Source: an uncultured virus (IMG/VR IMGVR_UViG_3300042385_000739) | Lineage: Duplodnaviria > Heunggongvirae > Uroviricota > Caudoviricetes | DNA length: 20,000 nt | Virus record (IMG/VR): IMGVR_UViG_3300042385_000739 | Location: 56,917 to 76,916 of that record | Reading direction: 5' to 3' (one strand) | In this document: positions 1-8,097 of the stretch, piece by piece | Layout of the letters: each line of letters starts with the position of its first letter | How positions within the stretch are numbered: the first letter of the stretch is position 1 | Translations under genes and position numbers: made by a program | The notes under the pieces: model-generated | Seen by the model: the letters and a program-made list of their open reading frames with translations, nothing else | What the model was told of the DNA's origin: nothing | Database searches by the model: none

Positions 1-2143
1 TATAATCAGTATAATATCTACCCATAACTGCTACAGTATTAACTGCGGTGTTATTAACTGATCCTATAGATCCTACACTAACACCATTCTTATATAAAGT
101 AAGAGTGTTACCACTTCGTACACCCGCCACATGAATCCAAACATTGGTTGTCAATGCGACACTATCATATATGTCAAAGGCTGCGCCATCAGTTCCTAAT
201 CTAAATTGCAATGTTCCCTGAAATGTTCCTATAAACATTCCAGAAGTAGAAGAGCCTTGTGTACTAACAAAACCTGCTGATAAACTACTTGCGGTAACAT
301 AAACCCATGCTTCTATTGTAAAATTTCCACTAGCAGTTAACGCGGCACTACTAGGAGTATTCAAATAATCCCCAGTACCATCAAAGTATCCACTACCATA
401 TGTACTATAACTACTATTTGGTACAAAGGGGTCAAAAGAACTAATTGATGTATTACCCGCAACTGCCAATGTAAGGTTGTTTGTGCTGTTGTCAATAAAC
501 CTATTAGATTGGCAAGTAAGAAGTGATGTTCCAGATACTGCTGTCAATGGCGTGGTGCTTGGAGTAAAACTAGATGTGTAAAGAGCCGTACCTTTTACCA
601 ATCGCAAATTGCTGATGTTTCCATTAAAGTAAAAAGTGTCTGTGCGATTTGCACCAACAGCAACTGGATAACTTGTGCTTGTTGCACCCCATGAAGTTGA
701 GTAAGAAGCTGTAGCGACCTGAGCTCCATTGACGAACATATATAGAGTGTCATTGTCTCTAACACACGCAATGTGATACCAAGCTCCAATAGCCCAAGTT
801 TGTGATGTACTAAGAATTGTAGTACCAGATCCAGTTGCTTGCCATAATAAAGTAGAGCTAGTAACAATAAATCTGAAAGGCTGACACTCATTGATGCTTA
901 ATAAAGTATGGTTTCCAGAAAGAGTACTTGCAGAAAACCAACATTCAAAAGTTAATGTTTTTGTTGATGAGAAATCAAATGCTGATGCGCCGGCCGATGT
1001 AGAAAGATAATCCCCGCTGCCATCAAAGTAATTACTATAATATCCAGGCGTATACGGATTAAAATTATTTGGCTTTGTATCACCATTAATTGTTACCGCA
1101 AAATTATTTGTACTAGCATCATCTACAAATGTTGTACTTGCTCCCGGTATCAATAATGTATTGTACTCAAAGAATATATCATTCGATACACCTATAACCC
1201 AATTGATAGTTATAGATGATAACTCACTTGTTGTATTAGCAGTAGCTGTTAATAACGAACTACTATTTGCTTCTACCGTTGGTGTTCCTGATATGTTTGC
1301 ACCAGTTAAACTCAATCCAGTTGGTAACGCATTAGCAGTATATGTAATCCCTGAGCCAACAGCACTAGTTGCGCTTAGTGTTACATTGGATATAGCACTA
1401 TTAGTTGTACTAGTATAAGTTGTTCCATTGGCTGGACTAGCCCATGTTACTACATCAGGATTAATAGTTAAACTAAAACTACGATTTGTATCTTGTAATT
1501 CAGCATCTGTTGCTCTAACAGTAAATGTATATGTAGTTGGGCTAGATAATAATTGACTTGTACCAGTAATTGTTCCATTACTGTTAAAAGTTGCTCCAGG
1601 TGGTATTGAACCACTAAACAAACTATATGTTATTGGAACGTCACCGGTAGCAGTAACTGATTGATTAAAACTTGCTGTTTCGTATACATTTCCTAAACTA
1701 CCGGCAGCAGTTGTCCAATTTGGTGTACCACTATATTGTATACCCGGGATAGCAATTGCTGTTCCACCATCAGTGTTTATCACATACAATACATAACTAC
1801 CTGTAGCATTAGCAGGACTTGTAAATGTAATAGTTGTAGAACTTACAACTGATACTACACCCACTGCACTGCCGTTAATCAATACACTTGCACCGGCAAG
1901 AAATCCACTGCCTGTTAGTGTAATAGTTTGTCCACCTGCAGGATCGGCTGCGGTGTCATCACCTGGATAAGTAATAGTAGATACTTTTGGAGTGACAATT
2001 GTTGCTCCGGTAACTGTAGTATTACCTAAGACTAAATCATTTTGTATGTATACATCATCAAACTGATTAGTTGCATTACCTAAACTTGTGTTTGCCGGGG
2101 GGTTAAAGATATTTTGATTTTTTACCTGATAATAATCTGCCAT
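1..2143 (-). CDS. Virion adhesin / receptor-binding protein (IPT/TIG + 2 putative Ig + >=2 LamG/concanavalin A-like domains); 3' end beyond the window
   Basis: Not in the ORF track; translated by hand. ATG at 2143 follows TAAGGTATAGAAA and the frame is open to the window edge (>=714 aa): MADYYQVKNQ...PKVSTITYPGDDTAADPAGGQTITLTGSGF (IPT/TIG); YSLFSGSIPPGATFNSNGTITG and YTANALPTGLSLTGANISGTPT (Ig-like); YFDGSGDYL...TFECWF...WYHIACVRDNDTLYMFVNG and YFDGTGDYL...FTIEAWV...WIHVAGVRSGNTLTLYKNG (LamG). Confidence 0.9.
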   Translation of the reverse strand, partial: MADYYQVKNQNIFNPPANTSLGNATNQFDDVYIQNDLVLGNTTVTGATIVTPKVSTITYPGDDTAADPAGGQTITLTGSGFLAGASVLINGSAVGVVSVVSSTTITFTSPANATGSYVLYVINTDGGTAIAIPGIQYSGTPNWTTAAGSLGNVYETASFNQSVTATGDVPITYSLFSGSIPPGATFNSNGTITGTSQLLSSPTTYTFTVRATDAELQDTNRSFSLTINPDVVTWASPANGTTYTSTTNSAISNVTLSATSAVGSGITYTANALPTGLSLTGANISGTPTVEANSSSLLTATANTTSELSSITINWVIGVSNDIFFEYNTLLIPGASTTFVDDASTNNFAVTINGDTKPNNFNPYTPGYYSNYFDGSGDYLSTSAGASAFDFSSTKTLTFECWFSASTLSGNHTLLSINECQPFRFIVTSSTLLWQATGSGTTILSTSQTWAIGAWYHIACVRDNDTLYMFVNGAQVATASYSTSWGATSTSYPVAVGANRTDTFYFNGNISNLRLVKGTALYTSSFTPSTTPLTAVSGTSLLTCQSNRFIDNSTNNLTLAVAGNTSISSFDPFVPNSSYSTYGSGYFDGTGDYLNTPSSAALTASGNFTIEAWVYVTASSLSAGFVSTQGSSTSGMFIGTFQGTLQFRLGTDGAAFDIYDSVALTTNVWIHVAGVRSGNTLTLYKNGVSVGSIGSVNNTAVNTVAVMGRYYTDY

Positions 2144-2153
2144 TTTCTATACC

Positions 2154-3191
2154 TTAAACGTTTGTTAATATCCAACCTTGGGCAGCATTATAATACACTA
2201 ATGTAAATGCTGAACGGTTTGTTGTTACTGTCATATCTGATGCTGTTCCTTGAATGTTGCCACCATTTCTTCCAACTGTAATTGCGTGTACATTTGCATT
2301 ACCAGTACCATCAATGATACCAACTTCAGTACCCAATGAAGGACTACTTGGAAGTGTAATTGTTATGTTAGAAGTATCTGTGTTAACTATATATTTTGTG
2401 TTTGCTGTTGCAGATGTATTTGCGGTAACATCTACATAAGTGTATCCGCCGCTTCCACCACCGCCGCTTCCTAAATTAAATGTCATTACCTCAATAGATG
2501 CGCCATTAGCCGGTGCACTACTTAATGTGACATTTGCTCCAGAAACAGTATATGCTGAATGTAATTGACTTACGCCGTCAACGTTAATAATTGTATAATT
2601 TTCTGATGTTGGTGCGTTTGTTAAAGTAAAGACTGTTTGAACACCATTGCCGGCAAAGGTGTCAAGTACTATATTAGATCCGGCTGTTGATGCTAATATC
2701 CAACTTAAATTGCCAGAACCGTCAGTGCTTAATATATATCCGTTTGCACCGCCCGCAATATGCAGATTGCCCACAGCACCTAAAGTTACATTTGCACCAC
2801 TTAGGGATACATTACCTGTTATGTTTGCTGTACCGGATATATTTGCGCCAGTACCGGTAATAGTCATTACATTGGCATTACCAACTGCACTAAATGTGAT
2901 ATTTCCGTTTGCTGTAGCAATATTTACATTACTATTACCATTACTGATATTGCTTGTTGAGCCTCCTCCGGACTGTGCAGTCCAAGATAAGTTACCCAAT
3001 CCATCAGTGCTCAGTACATATGTGTTAGAGCCACCGGTAATCTTTATATTACCAACTGCACCTAAATTCGCTGAATTTGTGACACTAATATTTCCAAGGA
3101 AGTAATTTGCCTGTACGTTTGCATTGGCCGAGTGCAATGATATATTGCCGGTCGTGAGGCCGTTCTTTACGTTAAAATATTTAAATGACAC
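2154..3191 (-). CDS. Fibre/adaptor protein (345 aa, GTG start) with C-terminal T4 gp9/gp10/gp34-like module
   Basis: N-terminal MSFKYFNVKNGLTTG peptide; two LGAVGN..ITGG.N.Y.LSTDG.GNLSW modules; a DTFAGNGVQTVFTL...VDGVSQ...YTVSG...APANG domain typical of T4-like structural proteins; C-terminal YIVNT...TITLPSSPSLGTEVGIIDGTG...GRNGGNIQG...LVY...GW module. Confidence 0.8.
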   Translation of the reverse strand: MSFKYFNVKNGLTTGNISLHSANANVQANYFLGNISVTNSANLGAVGNIKITGGSNTYVLSTDGLGNLSWTAQSGGGSTSNISNGNSNVNIATANGNITFSAVGNANVMTITGTGANISGTANITGNVSLSGANVTLGAVGNLHIAGGANGYILSTDGSGNLSWILASTAGSNIVLDTFAGNGVQTVFTLTNAPTSENYTIINVDGVSQLHSAYTVSGANVTLSSAPANGASIEVMTFNLGSGGGGSGGYTYVDVTANTSATANTKYIVNTDTSNITITLPSSPSLGTEVGIIDGTGNANVHAITVGRNGGNIQGTASDMTVTTNRSAFTLVYYNAAQGWILTNV

Positions 3192-3223
3192 AGTTCCATA
3201 TTCCCTGTTTACGAATTATACTA

Positions 3224-3230
3224 TATTTAT
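3224..3230 (-). promoter_or_regulatory. T4-late-type promoter box (GATAAATA)
   Basis: ATAAATA on the minus strand in the 65-bp gap, about 32 nt upstream of the GTG at 3191; the same box lies upstream of other genes in the window. Confidence 0.65.
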
Positions 3231-3250
3231 CCCCCGATTAAAGGGGATAA
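3227..3250. other. Intergenic stem-loop TTATCCCC-N8-GGGGATAA
   Basis: Perfect 8-bp inverted repeat just after the stop codon of the 1116-aa gene; no U-tract on the coding strand, so not a classical intrinsic terminator. Confidence 0.7.
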
Positions 3251-3256
3251 TTTTCA

Positions 3257-6200
3257 TTAAGTGTTAATGTAAGTACTTACCATATTTACTTTTAAGTTAG
3301 CACTAGTTCCAGATGCATACAATGATACATTTCCAGATACTCCATTAATATTACTTGATAGTTCAATGATATCAGAAGTAACATTACTACAAATACTACC
3401 ATAAATTGTTATATAAGCTGTAGTACCATCATGTATCAATAATGTTTCAACAGATTGGTATCCATCATCACCTGACGCACTGATAATATACTTTGCTGTT
3501 CTAAATGTGCTTGGGGAGAACTGATCTACAACTGTGTTTGAAGTTACTGATACATTACTACGATTACTTGTTAAACCACCGTTGTACGCAACATAATTAG
3601 CTGTTACATTACCACTTACAGCTAAACTTGTCAATGTACCAACACTAGTAATATTTGGCTGTGCCGCTGTTGTTACCGTACCTGCTTTACCTGCAGTTTC
3701 TACGTTTAAGTTAGCAACTTGTGTAGTAGATGTTACAGTAAACGGTGCAGTACCTGTCGTTACGTTAGAAGTTAATGTAGTGGTAGTAATATTACCTGAC
3801 GCAAACAAGAATTCTGTACCCAAATTACCTGTATTTGCATTACCGGTAGCATTTAATGTACCTGCTATATTTGCACCAGTCGAGGTAACTACTAATGTAG
3901 TATTTCCACCCGATACAGTATTAACATTGCCATTTGCAGTTGGAATACTTACATTACTTGTACCATTAGCTATCGAAGATGTATCGACATTGGCCCAAGA
4001 TAATGTTCCAGATCCATTTGTTTGTAGATATTGTCCATTAGAACCGCCTGTGATATGTACATTAGCTACTGGACCTAATGCAACATTACTTGCAGATGTA
4101 AAATCAATAGTACTATTAGCAGTTAATCCAGCAAGTGTACCAACACTAGTAATATTTGGCTGACTTGCAGTTGTTAATGTGCCGGTTAAAGTTGTAGCAG
4201 AAATGTTATTAGCACCAGAAATATTTCCACCAGATGCTAATGTTATATTGGCTGAGTGTAAGTTACCTGATATGTTTGCATAGCCTGCAATATTTGCGCC
4301 AGTTCCAGTAATAACCAATGTGGTATTACCTGTAGCAGTAAGATTAATATTACCATTACTACTTGGAATATCAACATTACTATTGCCATTGCTGATCCCT
4401 GTACCAGATGGTACAGCTGCCCAAGATAATGTTCCTGAACCATTTGTTTGTAAATAGTATCCATTAGTACCGCCGGTAATAGTAACATTACCTACTGGTC
4501 CTAAATTACTTGTACCAGTAACTGCTAACGTTCCTACATTAGCTGAGCCAGCAGTACTTATATTACCACCAGATATATTACCAGTTACACTTAAGCTTGT
4601 TAGTGTTCCAACTGAAGTAATATTGGGTTGTGCATTAGTTGTTAAATTACCAGTTAAGGTGTTAGCAGAAATATTGTTTGCTCCGGAAATATTACCACCT
4701 GAACCACCTGTCGTTATATTCCCTGCAGTTAGATTTCCAGTAACTGATAAATTACCTAATGTACCAACACTAGTTAATGATGAATTAACAATAGTACCGG
4801 CTAATGTAGTACCGGTTAAATTAGCGGCATTGGCTGTTATAGCTGTATTACTTGCGGCTGTTAATTGACCTTGACCATTAACTGTAAATGTTGCTACTGC
4901 ATCACCTCCACCATATGAACCGGCAGTTACTGCAGTGTTACTAATACTAAATTGTGTTCCATTTAACGTTAAACCAGTACCAGCAGTATACGCACCAGCA
5001 CCTGAGAACTGTACCCAATATACCGGACTTGTTCCAACTGTAGTGACTGGATCTGTCATTACCCAACCAGTGTTGTCGTACAATGTACCTGCAGTAACGA
5101 ATGTGAAATCACCTCCTGCCATTTCAGTCGGAGTATTAAAGTCTGCTGAACGTGTTAATACTGTACTGCTTGTAACATCATATATACCGTTATCTGCTGT
5201 AGATACCTCATTCTTAACTAGAACACGCATACCAACTGACAATGTAACACCGTCAATAGTTGTGTATGTTCCTGTTGTTGTCAATGTTGCACCAACACCG
5301 CTTGTACCGTTATTATATGTAACAGTACCGCCTGAGATACTTGCTAATGTAGTTTGTGTTGCCGCATTACAACTATCGTGTGTATGTAATCCTTGAGCAA
5401 CATCATCAACGTATTGCTTAGTTGCCGCATCAGCTGGGTTAACTGGAGTAGCAAGACTTACAATGTTGAAACTGTTTAGAGTAACATTGCCACCAAAACT
5501 ACCTGTTCCGGTTGCAATTAAGTTTGTTGTACCTAAGTTACCAACGTTAGCATTACCGGTTGCATTTAATGCGACGGTAGTTAAATTACCAACGTTAGCG
5601 TTGCCACTTACAATTAATGATGATAGTGTACCTACACTGGTAATATTTGGTTGAGCGTTAGTTGTTACTGTATCTGCAGTTGTTGCAGATCCAGCAGTTG
5701 TTGCAAAGGTTGCATTAGCAACAGTACCAGTAACATTTGCACCTGCGATATTTGATAATCCACCGCCATTACCTGTAAATAGTCCGGTGTTAGCAGTAAA
5801 TGCGGATGCGGTAACTGTTCCACTAACATCTAAGTTTGATAATGTGCCAACACTAGTAATATTTGGTTGAGCATTAGTTGTTACTGTACCGGCTGTAGTT
5901 GCTGTATTAGCTGTTCCGTAGAAGTTACCAATAAAGTAATTAGCAGATGCCGCATTACCTAAATTAGCGTTGTCAGTAGATAAATTGCCTGTAACTGTTA
6001 ATACGTTTGATGTTTTATTGAATGTGAAAGCATTACCGCCACCAATATTACCACCATCATTAAACAATACACTAGTGTTAGAACCACCAACGCTAACGTT
6101 ACCACTAAAGTTACCACTAAAGTTACCACTAAAGTTAGTAGCAGTTAATGTGCCAGTAGCATTAATATTACCATTAATCATTACTATGTTAGATGTAGCA

Positions 6201-6607
6201 TTACCTACTGTTAAACTAGTTAAATTACCAACGCTAGTAATATTTGGTTGACTTGAACTTGTAGCGTCAAATACACCATGGAAGAAATTAGCTGTTGCTA
6301 AATTACCTAAATTAGCATTACCCGATGATATATTACCAGTAACTGATAAATCTGTTAGTGTGCCAACTGAAGTAATATTAGGTTGTGCATTTGTATACAC
6401 TGTTCCGGCAACTAAAGCATTGCCTACTTGGCCAGAGACATTTGCACCTGCTATATTACTTAAATTATTACCTGAACCAATAAAGAAATTAGCGGTAAGA
6501 GCGTTACCTAAATTAGCATTATTTGCCGTAATATTGCCGGTTATTCCATCTAGTAATATATTACCAGTTGTAATACCTTGTTTTACATTAAAATATTTTG
6601 TAGTCAT
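3257..6607 (-). CDS. Long fibre protein (1116 aa) with COG5301-like tail-fibre domain
   Basis: AAGGA RBS; N-terminus MTTKYFNVKQGITTG; seven QPNITSVG motifs; DAATKQYVD...TIDGVTL..GMRVLVKNE....NGIY..TRSAD domain; C-terminal VDQF...FRTAKY...YQSVETLLIHDG..AYITIYG domain. Confidence 0.88.
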   Translation of the reverse strand: MTTKYFNVKQGITTGNILLDGITGNITANNANLGNALTANFFIGSGNNLSNIAGANVSGQVGNALVAGTVYTNAQPNITSVGTLTDLSVTGNISSGNANLGNLATANFFHGVFDATSSSQPNITSVGNLTSLTVGNATSNIVMINGNINATGTLTATNFSGNFSGNFSGNVSVGGSNTSVLFNDGGNIGGGNAFTFNKTSNVLTVTGNLSTDNANLGNAASANYFIGNFYGTANTATTAGTVTTNAQPNITSVGTLSNLDVSGTVTASAFTANTGLFTGNGGGLSNIAGANVTGTVANATFATTAGSATTADTVTTNAQPNITSVGTLSSLIVSGNANVGNLTTVALNATGNANVGNLGTTNLIATGTGSFGGNVTLNSFNIVSLATPVNPADAATKQYVDDVAQGLHTHDSCNAATQTTLASISGGTVTYNNGTSGVGATLTTTGTYTTIDGVTLSVGMRVLVKNEVSTADNGIYDVTSSTVLTRSADFNTPTEMAGGDFTFVTAGTLYDNTGWVMTDPVTTVGTSPVYWVQFSGAGAYTAGTGLTLNGTQFSISNTAVTAGSYGGGDAVATFTVNGQGQLTAASNTAITANAANLTGTTLAGTIVNSSLTSVGTLGNLSVTGNLTAGNITTGGSGGNISGANNISANTLTGNLTTNAQPNITSVGTLTSLSVTGNISGGNISTAGSANVGTLAVTGTSNLGPVGNVTITGGTNGYYLQTNGSGTLSWAAVPSGTGISNGNSNVDIPSSNGNINLTATGNTTLVITGTGANIAGYANISGNLHSANITLASGGNISGANNISATTLTGTLTTASQPNITSVGTLAGLTANSTIDFTSASNVALGPVANVHITGGSNGQYLQTNGSGTLSWANVDTSSIANGTSNVSIPTANGNVNTVSGGNTTLVVTSTGANIAGTLNATGNANTGNLGTEFLFASGNITTTTLTSNVTTGTAPFTVTSTTQVANLNVETAGKAGTVTTAAQPNITSVGTLTSLAVSGNVTANYVAYNGGLTSNRSNVSVTSNTVVDQFSPSTFRTAKYIISASGDDGYQSVETLLIHDGTTAYITIYGSICSNVTSDIIELSSNINGVSGNVSLYASGTSANLKVNMVSTYINT
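4943..5464 (-). repeat. 522-bp dispersed direct repeat, copy 2 (COG5301-like cassette)
   Basis: Gap-free alignment with 9919..10440; 150/174 aa identical by manual count; 5237..5299 is identical to 10213..10275 (63 bp). Confidence 0.95.
6098..6137. repeat. Perfect 12-bp tandem repeat (GTTACCACTAAA x3.3) encoding NFSG x3
   Basis: Read directly from the sequence. Confidence 0.95.
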
Positions 6608-6618
6608 TTTTAATCCTT

Positions 6619-8079
6619 TTAATCTGCTACGTAAACGCCCAATAAATTCACCGTTGTGTTAGCTGTACCAGTTGTGGCTAGCAACCTAACATTTCCGGAA
6701 ACTATATCTGTAGATAATACTATAATGTCTAGACCTATAGTAGACAAGCTACCATATATAGTCACATAACTATTAGCATTATCATGAATCAATAATACTT
6801 CAACAGCCTGATATCCATCATCGCTATTGACTCTCATTGTGTATTTAGCTGACCTGTACTTATTAACCGAAAAGCTGTCAACTACTGTGCTTGTTGTAAC
6901 ATTTATTGGGGTTCTGTTACTATAAACATCACTTACTTTTAAGTTGGTGATAGTCGCTGTGGACTGCACTACCAAATTACCTGTTGTGCTAATATTATTA
7001 GCAATTAAATTACCACGGGCGGTTACATTTCCAGCAATACTTCCTAATGTAATATTGGCTAATAATCCAATGTTAATATTATCTATCGCACTAGTAAAAA
7101 TACCAGCACTATTGCCTACGACAGTAATTACCCCGGTATCTAATGTTATTGTACCTGCAGTAGAAGTTATATTTCCAGTAATATTAGCATTTCCACTAGC
7201 AATTACATCTCCAAGTATGTTAACATTAGTTTTATTAATTGTTGTAACTATATTGCTATTACCCGAGCCACCTACTACAAATTTAATTGACGTATTGTTT
7301 TTGACCGTTCCCATTACTAGGTTACCACCAACATTGCCACGAACATACAAATATCCGTCATCTGCTGACAATGCGTTACCTAATGAGTTTAACTGGGCGC
7401 CATCCCAGGTACTACCCGCAATGCCCATATTAATATAGTTTGTGGTGCTATTCCCGTTATCTGCTGTTAATACTATATCGGTGCTAGCGGATGACCCAGT
7501 ATTAATATTTTGAAAATTGACTTGGGCCGCGCTATTTAAGTTACCGGTATATTGTGCTATCGTGTTTGGTACTGCAGTAAATCCAGTGACACCTACTTGA
7601 AGTGCATTTTTACCATTAGTAGTATTACCATAAAACACACCACTAACTGCAGTTGCATTATAAGTTGAAAAAGTATTAGTTGTTATATCAAATGTAAGAT
7701 TTGCGGATGCACCGAATGCATTAGCATTGTTAAATTGAATTTGAGTGTTAGTGCCAGCTGGTGATCCACCTAAATCCCAAGCAGTGCCGTTTGCATATAA
7801 TAAATGATCAGTTAATATATTTCCTGCAGAGACATTACCTGTTAATGATAATGCAGAAGATGTTCCAGGGTACGCAGTAGTTTGATCAGTATTGTCCGGA
7901 AATACAATATTCCCGGTACTATCAAAAATCCAAATACTATTACCATTATCAGAAACTATATCAACATCTATATAAGAGCTAATCTTTGATGTAAAGACGT
8001 TGCCAGAGGTATCTATCACCTCGGTAAGTTGATCACCTACCGAGAATCCGTTTATAGAATTAAACCACTTTATTGCCAT
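6619..8079 (-). CDS. Fibre segment protein (486 aa)
   Basis: N-terminus MAIKWFNSINGFSVG; LLYANG..W...AGTNTQIQFN module shared with neighbours; C-terminal VDSF...YRSAKY...YQAVEVLLIHD...YVTIYG domain. Confidence 0.85.
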   Translation of the reverse strand: MAIKWFNSINGFSVGDQLTEVIDTSGNVFTSKISSYIDVDIVSDNGNSIWIFDSTGNIVFPDNTDQTTAYPGTSSALSLTGNVSAGNILTDHLLYANGTAWDLGGSPAGTNTQIQFNNANAFGASANLTFDITTNTFSTYNATAVSGVFYGNTTNGKNALQVGVTGFTAVPNTIAQYTGNLNSAAQVNFQNINTGSSASTDIVLTADNGNSTTNYINMGIAGSTWDGAQLNSLGNALSADDGYLYVRGNVGGNLVMGTVKNNTSIKFVVGGSGNSNIVTTINKTNVNILGDVIASGNANITGNITSTAGTITLDTGVITVVGNSAGIFTSAIDNINIGLLANITLGSIAGNVTARGNLIANNISTTGNLVVQSTATITNLKVSDVYSNRTPINVTTSTVVDSFSVNKYRSAKYTMRVNSDDGYQAVEVLLIHDNANSYVTIYGSLSTIGLDIIVLSTDIVSGNVRLLATTGTANTTVNLLGVYVAD

Positions 8080-8097
8080 ATAATATGTAAAGTACCC

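Noticed and set aside
595..891. 98-aa minus-strand ORF and similar short alternate-frame ORFs (4243..4488, 11829..12011, 12560..12778, 15470..15688, 17043..17228)
   Set aside because: Nested in or antisense to well-supported genes, with no motif support.
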